IMG/VR virus record: IMGVR_UViG_3300031576_000095
Location: 1-45,394 of that record
From: a virus
Taxonomy: Duplodnaviria; Caudoviricetes
Strand: one strand, 5' to 3'
DNA length: 45,394 bases
The notes beneath the pieces are model-generated. The model made no database searches. It was not told the origin of the DNA and saw nothing but the letters and a program-made list of their open reading frames with translations. Made by a program: the position numbers and the translations under genes. Below, piece by piece: positions 36,056 to 45,044 of this stretch (positions are counted from its first letter, which is position 1; every line of letters starts with the position of its first letter).

Positions 36056-37613
36056 AGAGTGCAAGTTCATAATCAACAATTTCAGAATCTTCTTCCCAAG
36101 AATTTCTCTCATTTTTCGTGAGTTCAGAGTAAGATTTTTCATAATCCTTATCTGACTCCTCAGAATGAGTAAAAAATCTCCCTCCTTCATTCATCATAGC
36201 TACAATCCTACTAACAACATCCATAGCATCCCATTTCCTTGGGCGGGGGAGAGACATCAATTGAGACTCTAAAGACTGACAACATCCACTACCATTATGT
36301 TCAATAGCTCCTGAGGAGTAGAACGGATATAAAGACATCACTCTTCTATACTTCGAATCTTCATTATCTAACCCTCCTGGACTCTTCAACTCAATAATAT
36401 CACAGAATATACCTTTCTCCGTTGCATAGTTTCTAAATGGAAATAAGATATACTCATCTCCTCCAGTCACCTCAAGTCCAAGAGTCCTTGCACTTATCTT
36501 CTTCATCATATCAAATGTAGCAGCTACTTGTTCGTCTGGGTTAAGCTGTTTATTTATTAGATCTCTAATGCGTACTTTCCGCTGATAGATATTTACACTA
36601 ACTCCCGCAATTGCAGTGTTTGCATTTCTTGCACCTTTTCTTCTTGCAGGGTCAACTAACACTACATGCTCCCAACTATTCCAATCGTTATCTGGAGATT
36701 CAGTGTAATACTTGAACATCTTAGCTGAGAATTTCCGGTCAGTAGGAGCGGCTGATATATTCCTTCTCTCCATAAAGAACACATCTTCAGTCCCATCTCT
36801 AACCGCATCAGCATATTCTTTCTTCAGTTCTTCAGTTGAAATAAACTGAGGAGCAAAGGATGTTAGCTCATCGTCACAAATATCTATACATTCAGAATCC
36901 CAACTTGGAGAATCAAGAAGACTTGTTAGAAGAGAATCTTGATGTTTCACAGTATCTATATATAACATCATCCAGTTTCTTGCACTAAGTCCAAAGCACT
37001 TCATCAAGTCTCCATAAAACCATTTCTTACGTTTGTCTCTAATAAGTTCATTGTCGATAGTTTCAGTGTCTTCAAGATCATCAACAATGATTAAATCTGG
37101 ACGGCTATTACGATAGAGTTTTCCACGAACTTGTTGTCCACTGCCTCGAGGAACTATAAATGTATTCTTTGCAACCCAACCTTTCTTAGAAAAAGAAGGA
37201 TCTAACGCATCTTCATAAAAAGAAGATTTAATATCTCCAAAGAATTCTCTGATATAAAGATTTCCACAGAGTTCACTTTTTAGATTCTCTGTTTGTTCAA
37301 GAGCTGAGTCGAAGCTATTAGAAACATACACGATGTATCTAAAATCCTCAAATAAGATTGCTCTTGCGCAGAGAGCCATTGCGATAGATGTCTTACCTAA
37401 ACCTCTTGGAGCGGCTATTGTCACCTTAGCAGGAATATTATTAAATACTGCATTATGATAAGCTACATCAATCTTATCAAATATTCTTTGGTGAAGAGAA
37501 CAGAATGGAATTGTGAATCTCTCAGGAAAGAATGTCCAAGAGAATTTGGAAAGATACTTATGACATTCTACCATCGCATCAGAATCAAGAGAGATTTCTT
37601 GAATATCATTCAT
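36054..37613 (-). CDS. terL: terminase large subunit
   Basis: APRGLGKTS Walker A, VRG..RPDLIIVDDLE Walker B, VDPA nuclease motif, D.MD; probable start MNDIQ at 37613. Confidence 0.92.
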   Translation of the reverse strand: MNDIQEISLDSDAMVECHKYLSKFSWTFFPERFTIPFCSLHQRIFDKIDVAYHNAVFNNIPAKVTIAAPRGLGKTSIAMALCARAILFEDFRYIVYVSNSFDSALEQTENLKSELCGNLYIREFFGDIKSSFYEDALDPSFSKKGWVAKNTFIVPRGSGQQVRGKLYRNSRPDLIIVDDLEDTETIDNELIRDKRKKWFYGDLMKCFGLSARNWMMLYIDTVKHQDSLLTSLLDSPSWDSECIDICDDELTSFAPQFISTEELKKEYADAVRDGTEDVFFMERRNISAAPTDRKFSAKMFKYYTESPDNDWNSWEHVVLVDPARRKGARNANTAIAGVSVNIYQRKVRIRDLINKQLNPDEQVAATFDMMKKISARTLGLEVTGGDEYILFPFRNYATEKGIFCDIIELKSPGGLDNEDSKYRRVMSLYPFYSSGAIEHNGSGCCQSLESQLMSLPRPRKWDAMDVVSRIVAMMNEGGRFFTHSEESDKDYEKSYSELTKNERNSWEEDSEIVDYELAL

Positions 37614-37614
37614 T

Positions 37615-39000
37615 CTATGGCCACCAGATAATACGACGACGAAGTCCTTGTAGAAATGTAGGAGGAGTTGTTGGCGCAGATACACTAAACTCATCAGCTC
37701 CTCTATCCCAAACCGTGTTAATTGGCCTAGTCTCATTATCAACATCATTAGGAGGAGATGGAAAAGAAGCACTCATATCTGTACCAGTATCCTTGCACAC
37801 AGTATCTCCAGAACCTAAATGAAAATTACTTCCAGCTGACGCAAAGGTAACAGTAGCACTATTTGTTGAATTAGCTCCAGGTGCATCTGCCGCTACGTTA
37901 CTAACGTTATAGTTAGAAGAAGCACTAAATGTACCACTCCAGCCATCAGTTCCAGCCTGAAATACACAATTAGTAGTTAATGGATTATCTCCCGCTGCAT
38001 TCCTGAATCCAGTAACACAATCATATACCGTATTATTAAGCAGCGTTGATGTAGCATTATCATTATTCTCATAAGCTCCATCATTACCAGTAGATGCAGT
38101 AGTAAATCCATATATTATATTGTTTCTTATGTTTACAAAACCGCTAGCCGCATTATCAACTATAGCTCTACATCTTGTAGAGCTACTTCCACCTCCACTA
38201 ACAAATTTTATTATACACTCTGTTATATTGAGACTTACACTCGCAGCGCCTGGAAGTTGAATAGCTCCCTGAATAGTTCCGCCTGTAGCGCTCCCACCTA
38301 CAAATATCTGAAGATTCTCATACCGTATATGCTTATCGCCGGAAGATACATTATTAACAGTATAAGCAGCATTGCCAGTTTCCCATCTAAACGCTGCTGT
38401 AGTATAAACACCAGCATGTCTTTGAGTTCTTCCAACCTCTGTCGTAAGAGATGGAGTATATATTCTAATATAATCAGTACTACTTGTTGTCCAGCCAGAC
38501 TGAGTCACCTCAGTTACATCTCTACCCCTATAACAAGCTACATTCCACTGTTCATTATTTGTATCTATATTTCTATTACCTGTATCAAAATTCCTAAGAT
38601 CGGCATCTATTCCAGTATTCTCTGTTCCGCTTTCCCAGTTAAATACAGCTGTATATGCGTGAAAGATTGACCAATCTGCATCTGCTACAACTGCGGTTGG
38701 AGTCCCACCAGTGGCATTGGCAACAGTAAATACCGTCGAGCTTGTTCGTCCATGAATAAAGCAGATACTATCATTAGCGTCTATATCTCCATCTCCATCA
38801 TCGTCATACTGTATAGCACAACCTACTCCAACTGTGTCTGGTAGCGCAGCACTAAATGTAGCAATCGATGATGCTATAGTAAGAGTACCAATAGCACCAG
38901 TGGCAATAGCTGATGTATTCACAGGCTGTACGCTTCGATAAATTACAGTCTGCGCAATAAGAGAGCAGGGAAATAAAACTATAAGCAATAATTTCTTCAC
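37615..39000 (-). CDS. signal-peptide protein with right-handed parallel beta-helix
   Basis: MKKLLLIVLFPCSLIA|Q; NIRNNIIY, NNTVYDC, NFHL..GD...D.G, D.D...R...WD.GADE. Confidence 0.7.
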   Translation of the reverse strand: MKKLLLIVLFPCSLIAQTVIYRSVQPVNTSAIATGAIGTLTIASSIATFSAALPDTVGVGCAIQYDDDGDGDIDANDSICFIHGRTSSTVFTVANATGGTPTAVVADADWSIFHAYTAVFNWESGTENTGIDADLRNFDTGNRNIDTNNEQWNVACYRGRDVTEVTQSGWTTSSTDYIRIYTPSLTTEVGRTQRHAGVYTTAAFRWETGNAAYTVNNVSSGDKHIRYENLQIFVGGSATGGTIQGAIQLPGAASVSLNITECIIKFVSGGGSSSTRCRAIVDNAASGFVNIRNNIIYGFTTASTGNDGAYENNDNATSTLLNNTVYDCVTGFRNAAGDNPLTTNCVFQAGTDGWSGTFSASSNYNVSNVAADAPGANSTNSATVTFASAGSNFHLGSGDTVCKDTGTDMSASFPSPPNDVDNETRPINTVWDRGADEFSVSAPTTPPTFLQGLRRRIIWWP

Positions 39001-40484
39001 TTTGACCTACTCCATCCAATCATAAAGCCTATCAAATCTGCATTACCGCTTGCTGTATCACTACCATCTCCACCTACTCTAATCAACATACCATCCATCC
39101 ATCTATTATCTCCAGCATCTGTAGATAGACCCACCAAACTTGTTCTCTTGTACCGAATATCTCCAGACGCAGATGGAGCACTAATTGTCATATCAGTTGA
39201 ATTAGTCATCGTTAGAGAGTTATCAAACGCTGCATCATTAGCAGTAAACTCCCACTTAAATCGTAGAAGATAATTCCCACTACTTGCATTAGCAATAAAG
39301 ATAGGAACAAGATACTCAAGAGAATCTGCAAAGAAAGGAATAGGAAGGCTAAAAAGGAGAGTATCACTATTAGTAGCATCAAATGACCAATACTGTGTTG
39401 AGCGTCTGCTGGATAAAGCTGTCAAAACAAGATCACTTACATTCGCCTTAGTCGTATCCATTGCCCAGAAGAGATCAACTTCAGTCGTATCTCCAATATC
39501 ACTTGTTGGTGTACCAACTGCTACACCATTTACATATAAGTTTGTTGCATTAAGTGTCCCTGCACCTTGACTCCCACCAGTTGGACTTCCGACTGTCACA
39601 CCACCATTAGTCGCAATAGTCATTCTCTGATTTGCATTTGTATGGAAGGCAAGTGGAAGATATGTACCAGCTCCAGTTCTGGTGGCTGTAATGAAGGACT
39701 GATCTCCAAGTATATTCCCCATTGATATAGCTGATGCGTCAACTGTCCCTGTCACAGATGCTAAGACACTGTTGGCTATAATCGCCTCTGCAGCAAAAGC
39801 TTCATCAGAAGATGTAAGACCAACTAATAAATCTCCACTAGTTGTTACTCTTGTTCTCTCTGCACTATTAACAAATGTAGCTAATGGAAGAAAGGTTCCA
39901 GAACCTGTGCTACCTGCAGATATATTAGACGTACCTCCGGCGACAGATAGACTAATTAACGATGCGTTAGTTGCGGCAGATATTACATTAAATCCAGCTG
40001 ATGCATATACCTGTCCTGCAGCGTCAGTTGCATCAGTTGAGGTTATACCGGATAATAGTGAGCCAGACGTAGTCCATCTACTTCGTTCAGACCCTCCAGC
40101 GAATACTCCGAGTGGTAAGCGTGTTCCGCTTCCAGTTCTATCGGCGGTTATGAAAGATACATCACCGAGAACATTGCCGAGACCTATGTAAGATGCATTA
40201 GTTGCAGCGTTGACAGAAGCAACTGTACCTTTCACAACGAGAGAGCTTGCTGTAAAGGCTTCATCGCTTGTACTATGTCCAATATAAACATCATCGCCAG
40301 TGTTCCTTGCTCTAATGCGACTAGAAGCTGGAACTCTTTGCCAACCAGACGTATCAACAACAACTGTGCTAATAATGGAAATGGTGTATGCAGAGGAGCT
40401 ACTGATTCTAACTTGAGCATCTGCACTACAAGAGAAGAGTAATATGAGAATAGATTGTTTAACCGTTAAACGATCTAATTTCAT
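38997..40484 (-). CDS. signal-peptide protein with fibre-like repeats
   Basis: SILILLFSCSADA|Q; three repeats of TG.GT.LPL..F....ER.R.T..G...VG. Confidence 0.7.
   Translation of the reverse strand: MKLDRLTVKQSILILLFSCSADAQVRISSSSAYTISIISTVVVDTSGWQRVPASSRIRARNTGDDVYIGHSTSDEAFTASSLVVKGTVASVNAATNASYIGLGNVLGDVSFITADRTGSGTRLPLGVFAGGSERSRWTTSGSLLSGITSTDATDAAGQVYASAGFNVISAATNASLISLSVAGGTSNISAGSTGSGTFLPLATFVNSAERTRVTTSGDLLVGLTSSDEAFAAEAIIANSVLASVTGTVDASAISMGNILGDQSFITATRTGAGTYLPLAFHTNANQRMTIATNGGVTVGSPTGGSQGAGTLNATNLYVNGVAVGTPTSDIGDTTEVDLFWAMDTTKANVSDLVLTALSSRRSTQYWSFDATNSDTLLFSLPIPFFADSLEYLVPIFIANASSGNYLLRFKWEFTANDAAFDNSLTMTNSTDMTISAPSASGDIRYKRTSLVGLSTDAGDNRWMDGMLIRVGGDGSDTASGNADLIGFMIGWSRSK
40451..40477. 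repeat. 27-bp palindrome copy 15 (TAGATTGTTTAACCGTTAAACGATCTA)
   Basis: Read directly; encodes LDRLTVKQS in the signal peptide n-region. Confidence 0.95.
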
Positions 40485-40858
40485 TAGAACTGCGCTCGTT
40501 TCTTCGAACCAAGAAAGTAAATAGTCCCAGTTCCAGAAGACATCTTATATTGTAATCTCTTCAACTTAGTTCCAGGACCAAATTCTACAACTTGACCTTG
40601 CTGAAGGAGAATAAAGTTACGAGAGCTCCAGCTTGTTGTGTCAGGAGCTCCAAACCTTACATACGCACTTCCTCCGTCAACATAAATAACCACTTGTTCC
40701 CAAGGTGTTGCAAAGAGAGAATCTCTTCCAGTTGCACTAATTTGAAGAGAGTCTGCCCAGAGATACGTAACAGTCTGTGCGTAGGAGGTACTTAGACCTC
40801 CCAACGCACAGAGTGCAAGCATCACGAGAGGGAGTTTATAGAGCTTTAGGTTCTTCAT
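40484..40858 (-). CDS. signal-peptide hypothetical protein
   Basis: MKNLKLYKLPLVMLALCALGGLSTSYA|Q; probable start 40858. Confidence 0.6.
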   Translation of the reverse strand: MKNLKLYKLPLVMLALCALGGLSTSYAQTVTYLWADSLQISATGRDSLFATPWEQVVIYVDGGSAYVRFGAPDTTSWSSRNFILLQQGQVVEFGPGTKLKRLQYKMSSGTGTIYFLGSKKRAQF

Positions 40859-41033
40859 TCTGACTTTCTCGTGTGTTGAAGTAGTAAGTAGAAACACCAG
40901 ATGCAAGACCAGAAAGGACTGCAATGTAGGAATCTTGAACTCCAGTAATAATTGCAGTTATTAGGCCTATTACTGACACCATTGCAATGATAGCTCTAAC
41001 ACTACCTCGTGGCATCCAGAGAGGTTCGTTCAT
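40836..41033 (-). CDS. small two-TM membrane protein (holin-like)
   Basis: PL.MPRGSVRAIIA, two hydrophobic helices, YYF..R. Confidence 0.55.
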   Translation of the reverse strand: MNEPLWMPRGSVRAIIAMVSVIGLITAIITGVQDSYIAVLSGLASGVSTYYFNTRESQNEEPKAL

Positions 41034-41239
41034 TTTGAGAATTTTTCCATAAACTTATCATATCCAAGCTTTCCAGCTGCGCCAATACCAGCGGCGGCGA
41101 GGAAGTATTGAATTATCTGCAACAATAAGACAGAGTCAATAACTCCTTGAATGAAATAAATACTGGCAAATGATGCAGCTGAACCAATCAACAACCAAAA
41201 TGAAGGTCTTTTCTGAATTGGAGTTTTTGTAACTGGCAT
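41030..41239 (-). CDS. small membrane protein (holin-like)
   Basis: FWLLIG...; two hydrophobic segments; AAAGGA precedes ATG 41239. Confidence 0.5.
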   Translation of the reverse strand: MPVTKTPIQKRPSFWLLIGSAASFASIYFIQGVIDSVLLLQIIQYFLAAAGIGAAGKLGYDKFMEKFSK

Positions 41240-41240
41240 G

Positions 41241-41474
41241 TTAATCTTTCCTTTCTTTTTTCTGAGACTGAAGCTCAGCTTTAATCCACTGAACATCAGT
41301 CTTAACCTCAGCAACTGATACGACAAGAGTTTTCAAACTTCTTACCTCTTCCTTGAGTTGATCAATTTCGCCTTTTGCAAGACCGTAGGTTATCCCTATA
41401 CCTACTAACACTGTTAATACAGAAACAATGTATGCAATCTTTTTCAAGAAAGATTCTCCCAATTGATGCTCCAT
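41241..41474 (-). CDS. single-TM coiled-coil protein
   Basis: TM helix followed by heptads (V.EVKTDVQWIK). Confidence 0.55.
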   Translation of the reverse strand: MEHQLGESFLKKIAYIVSVLTVLVGIGITYGLAKGEIDQLKEEVRSLKTLVVSVAEVKTDVQWIKAELQSQKKERKD

Positions 41475-41481
41475 ATGAAAG

Positions 41482-42051
41482 TTAGAAAATAGTTGCTTTA
41501 ACTGGACTCAACCCAACGCTGTAGATAACTGTAACCGCTCCATCACGAGGGTTAGTGACAACTCCTCCAAATGCTTGAATTACAGCTATACCAATACAGT
41601 TATCAGCTGCAATGCCGCTAATGTCGTAAGAGAAGAGTCTCGTGGTATTGTAGATTGTGCTTGTTAGAGCAGTTCCAGTTACATTAACACTATCATTGTG
41701 AGATACTTTCCAAGTGTCAAGTTTTAATGTAGAAGACTTAACACGGACTATAGGTTTCACTTTCAACCAAGTAGAATCTGCATTAGCCGCAACGCCTGCG
41801 CGGCGATAGGTAAAGAAAGATTTGATTGGAGAATTTGCAGTTTTGGTAGGAAGAAGAGTTGCATCAATAGCTTCAAATGCGGATGTGTCGAATCTAACTG
41901 AGGCACTTCCGGCGGCTCCTGGGAAGAATATGAAGGTAGTATCAAAATTTGCGGAGTCTGAAAAGGTACGTTGAGCGAAGATAGTTTCAGTAATCTGTCC
42001 ATATGCTAAAGAAGCTGAAGACAAAAAGAGTAACAACAATATCTTCTTCAT
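41482..42051 (-). CDS. signal-peptide hypothetical protein
   Basis: MKKILLLLFLSSASLAYG|Q; GGAG RBS. Confidence 0.65.
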   Translation of the reverse strand: MKKILLLLFLSSASLAYGQITETIFAQRTFSDSANFDTTFIFFPGAAGSASVRFDTSAFEAIDATLLPTKTANSPIKSFFTYRRAGVAANADSTWLKVKPIVRVKSSTLKLDTWKVSHNDSVNVTGTALTSTIYNTTRLFSYDISGIAADNCIGIAVIQAFGGVVTNPRDGAVTVIYSVGLSPVKATIF

Positions 42052-42710
42052 ACATTCTCCGAATGATTAAACTGAGCTAGTTGTCCTAAATTACTCTGAT
42101 TAACTAGCCCAGTGGCTGTGGGAGGAGTGGGATCTACAGAATAGAAAGAAGCTTGAGAAGCTGGAAGTTCTTTTATCTCACCTTGAGGAGGCCTGTCACC
42201 ATTCTCTTGTGACTTAACTATTCCAGCTTCTCTCGCTCTTTCTTTGAACTTTGCAATATCTTCAGGTGTAAAAATACCATGTGTTACAGTAGCTTTAATT
42301 CGCTGAACAGGACCAAATCCGGCCATCCCTATCAAATCCTTTGCAACCCTATGACGAAGTTCAGGAGCGTGGATTGCAACCTTCATAGGCTCTCCATTTG
42401 AATCTCGTTCTGAAACAACTGGATCACCTGTGATAGGATCTAACTGAACTCCATCAAGAACTTCGTTCATATAAGCAATGGCTTTAGGCGCGAGTTCTTC
42501 AATCTGCTCTCCGATGTTGATTGCAGATTGATCTCGGCCAGCTTGAAGGAGTTCAATTTGTTGTCTTATGAGAGGATTGTTAAGAACATAACCTACAGTC
42601 ACGGGAGATAATTCTAGACGCTCCGCAATCTGGACTTGTTTCATTCCAAGGAGAGACATTCTCATAATCTCTCTATAACGATCCCAGATTTTTGTGATGT
42701 TGTAGGTCAT
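42048..42710 (-). CDS. HTH protein, probable terminase small subunit
   Basis: GMKQVQIAERLELSPVTVGYVLNNP HTH; A..L...AG.GP; upstream in the late arm. Confidence 0.6.
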   Translation of the reverse strand: MTYNITKIWDRYREIMRMSLLGMKQVQIAERLELSPVTVGYVLNNPLIRQQIELLQAGRDQSAINIGEQIEELAPKAIAYMNEVLDGVQLDPITGDPVVSERDSNGEPMKVAIHAPELRHRVAKDLIGMAGFGPVQRIKATVTHGIFTPEDIAKFKERAREAGIVKSQENGDRPPQGEIKELPASQASFYSVDPTPPTATGLVNQSNLGQLAQFNHSENV

Positions 42711-42712
42711 TT

Positions 42713-42739
42713 TAGATTGTTTAACCGTTAAACGATCTT
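42713..42739. repeat. 27-bp palindrome copy 16 (TAGATTGTTTAACCGTTAAACGATCTT)
   Basis: Read directly; contains the stop of 42728-42976. Confidence 0.95.
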
Positions 42740-42976
42740 GTTGAGAATATCAGCTACATCTTCTTTGCCAAGGAAATTATCGGAAGATCTATCATAAACA
42801 ATAGGAATCCCATCCACCTTACAAGCAGCTAAGAATGCAGTATTCCAGATTGCAGTTCTCACTTGTTCAGAATCTCTCACATCTGCATAAGAAAATGCGG
42901 CGTTGAAGACAGCTTGCGCATCTTCAGTCCAGTTTCTCCACACAGAAAGAGGAACTTCATGAATATTAGCGTTCAC
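42728..42976 (-). CDS. hypothetical protein
   Basis: W..W...AQAVFN...WNTAFLAA; GGAG upstream. Confidence 0.6.
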   Translation of the reverse strand: MNANIHEVPLSVWRNWTEDAQAVFNAAFSYADVRDSEQVRTAIWNTAFLAACKVDGIPIVYDRSSDNFLGKEDVADILNKIV

Positions 42977-43239
42977 TTAAAAACTCCAATTGCGTGGAAG
43001 ATAGCCTGCATCTTTCTCTTCAATGTCGCTTCAATATGTTCGGATGTTCCATCAGTTTGAGCTTTGAGCTCAGAGTAGATGAGTTCAAGTTGTTGGAGAT
43101 GAGAAGGAAGAGCTTTCTTACCTTCAGAAATCTCTTCATTTGAATAAGGAAGGCCTAGAGGAGGAACATCTTCTAATACCAATGATGTAATTACCTCTTT
43201 ATCTACAACTGGCTCATGCGCATAAATTCTCTTTCCCAT
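42973..43239 (-). CDS. hypothetical protein
   Basis: GAGG upstream; coupled to neighbours. Confidence 0.55.
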   Translation of the reverse strand: MGKRIYAHEPVVDKEVITSLVLEDVPPLGLPYSNEEISEGKKALPSHLQQLELIYSELKAQTDGTSEHIEATLKRKMQAIFHAIGVFK

Positions 43240-43242
43240 CTT

Positions 43243-43674
43243 TCAAAGCCTCACTTTAATAACTGGACTCTTAGGAACCACCAACGGAAATGTTGGAGTT
43301 ATTTCAAATCCTACTGAAGGTGTAGGAATAGATTCAACTGGATTCTGAGGATCGTATAAGTTTCCAAATGCAGTTGCTTTGATTCTAAACTTCCCACTTC
43401 CACTAATAATAATTGGAAACTCTACACTATCCGCATTTGCAAAAGAAGGATGAACAGTTGCATTTGCAGCACTTGGCCATCCTTCTTCCTCTCTCTTCCA
43501 ATAAAGCGCATAGTGATGAATGTCAGTCAGAGGATTAAGTAACATCCCATCTTCCCACTGTTTCGTGTGATAGATTACAACTTTCACAGTTGTCGTCTGA
43601 GAACATCCTTGGGCGGTAGCTAACAACAACATCGTCACTACAAATCCAAGCATTAACCATTCTATCTTTCTCAT
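43243..43674 (-). CDS. exported fibronectin type III-like protein
   Basis: Hydrophobic signal; Y.LYW...G.FRIKATA....ES.P FN3-like pattern. Confidence 0.55.
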   Translation of the reverse strand: MRKIEWLMLGFVVTMLLLATAQGCSQTTTVKVVIYHTKQWEDGMLLNPLTDIHHYALYWKREEEGWPSAANATVHPSFANADSVEFPIIISGSGKFRIKATAFGNLYDPQNPVESIPTPSVGFEITPTFPLVVPKSPVIKVRL

Positions 43675-43778
43675 ACGAAACTGTCCAACTCGACCATTCA
43701 GTTTCTTTAATAGTAGAAATCCATTCTACCTTTTCCATAACCTCCTCCTTTCTTGGCGGAGGATAATGATACGTAGGG

Positions 43779-43807
43779 AATATACAATATATGAAGGACA
43801 AAAACAA
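43779..43807 (-). promoter_or_regulatory. sigma70-like promoter for the late arm (TTGTTT-17-TATATT)
   Basis: The minus strand reads ATATATTTTGTGCTTGTTTTTGTCCTTCATATATTGTATATT, closely matching the 1608 promoter context. Confidence 0.55.
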
Positions 43808-43861
43808 GCACAAAATATATTTATTCCATGCAGGTCATAGACTCTATTCATCTCCTTCAAA

Positions 43862-43888
43862 TAGATCGTTTAACCGTTAAACGGACTA
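43862..43888. repeat. 27-bp palindrome copy 17 (TAGATCGTTTAACCGTTAAACGGACTA)
   Basis: Read directly; about 55 bp upstream of the late promoter. Confidence 0.95.
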
Positions 43889-44130
43889 TTGAGATAATAA
43901 CTTAAAGGAAAAAATTCGATAGGAATTTTGGAGACTACGGTATCACACCTAACTCTACCCTACATCCCATAGAGGGTCTTTCCACTATCAAGTCCACCTA
44001 TGCGAATAATATGAATCTAGATCGAATCATCTAGAGAATATACATCCGGCGGGAGGTGAGGATATGTGTGAGGTGAGAGGGAAAAAGTGTATAGGTGAAC
44101 GTATGGACACTAGGAATTTTGTATAGATGA

Positions 44131-44168
44131 AAATAAAAATGGCCGGAGATGTTATATCATCCGGCCAT
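44131..44168 (-). terminator. intrinsic terminator
   Basis: ATGGCCGGA..TCCGGCCAT hairpin followed by a T tract on the minus strand, after ORF 44200. Confidence 0.7.
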
Positions 44169-44199
44169 GTTGGAAGGATAAACGAGGATTGTTGAGAGG

Positions 44200-44682
44200 T
44201 TATTTGGGAGAGGATTTCTTCGAGCTGATAGCAGCGAGTGCGGCTCTGAGTTGCTCTTCTGTCATATTCAGCGCGAGCTCATCAGTGCTCATCAACGCTA
44301 TACGTTGACCAATTGGGATCTCAACATTGCCAGATCGTTTCTGAGCAACATTGATGATTAGGTTGTCAGTTTTGACAGATCGCCATTGGTCACCGGTATG
44401 AGCAGAAGATTTGTCGATAGAGTCCATTGAACGACGTATTGAGCCGTTCTGAACCGTTACAACGAGATTGCCAATTGCGTTCTGAACGATAGTTTGGAGG
44501 TCAATGTTTTCGAAATTGAAAGTGACCTTTTGCTCAACAGGATCGATCAATTTATACGGATCATTCCCGTTTGCATCTTTGACCTCGTTAGGGCGACGTG
44601 AACGTTTCGTTTCGATCACCTTTTCGAATCTCATCGAATTGTCACAAAGGTGATTGAGCATTTGGATCGTTAGATTGTTCAT
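44200..44682 (-). CDS. hypothetical protein (stand-alone unit)
   Basis: GAGGTG RBS; has its own promoter and terminator. Confidence 0.7.
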   Translation of the reverse strand: MNNLTIQMLNHLCDNSMRFEKVIETKRSRRPNEVKDANGNDPYKLIDPVEQKVTFNFENIDLQTIVQNAIGNLVVTVQNGSIRRSMDSIDKSSAHTGDQWRSVKTDNLIINVAQKRSGNVEIPIGQRIALMSTDELALNMTEEQLRAALAAISSKKSSPK

Positions 44683-44874
44683 TTGACACCTCTTCTGATA
44701 ATGTTGAGAAACAAAGGTCTAACGGTTTTGATCGTTGACTAAACGTATAGACCAGAAAAACGTAATGATCGAAAAAATACCTATTATGATGTAATAGGTC
44801 AAAACAATCATTTCCATATTGTCACCTCATTTCATTTTGTTGTGAAATGCTGTTAGATCAAAAATCACATAATC

Positions 44875-44902
44875 AATATAACAATATTATTCATATTGTC
44901 AA
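44875..44902 (-). promoter_or_regulatory. sigma70-like promoter (TTGACA-16-TATATT)
   Basis: Consensus -35 upstream of ORF 44200. Confidence 0.55.
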
Positions 44903-45044
44903 CATATTTCTAATCTAAGAGTGAAATAAATTGGATTATGCGTTCACCATCTAGATTGTAAAAATGTATATAAAGGAAAGAGATTGAAATGATGTGATTT
45001 TTATGTTTTGAGATTTTGTATGAGCTAAATGTTATTTTTGAAAT

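Noticed and set aside
37614-37772. N-terminal extension of TerL in the ORF track
   Set aside because: It overlaps the upstream gene out of frame; the MNDIQ start at 37613 fits gene packing.
5337-40191. Antisense ORFs in the track (e.g. 5337-5843, 15470-15853, 38257-38670, 39772-40191)
   Set aside because: They are shadows of well-supported opposite-strand genes, with no RBS or motifs.
328-44682. Stop-codon reassignment
   Set aside because: Core genes are intact in the standard code, and TAA, TAG and TGA all end genes at sensible junctions. The TTA in the 8376 RNA loop is not in a canonical anticodon position.
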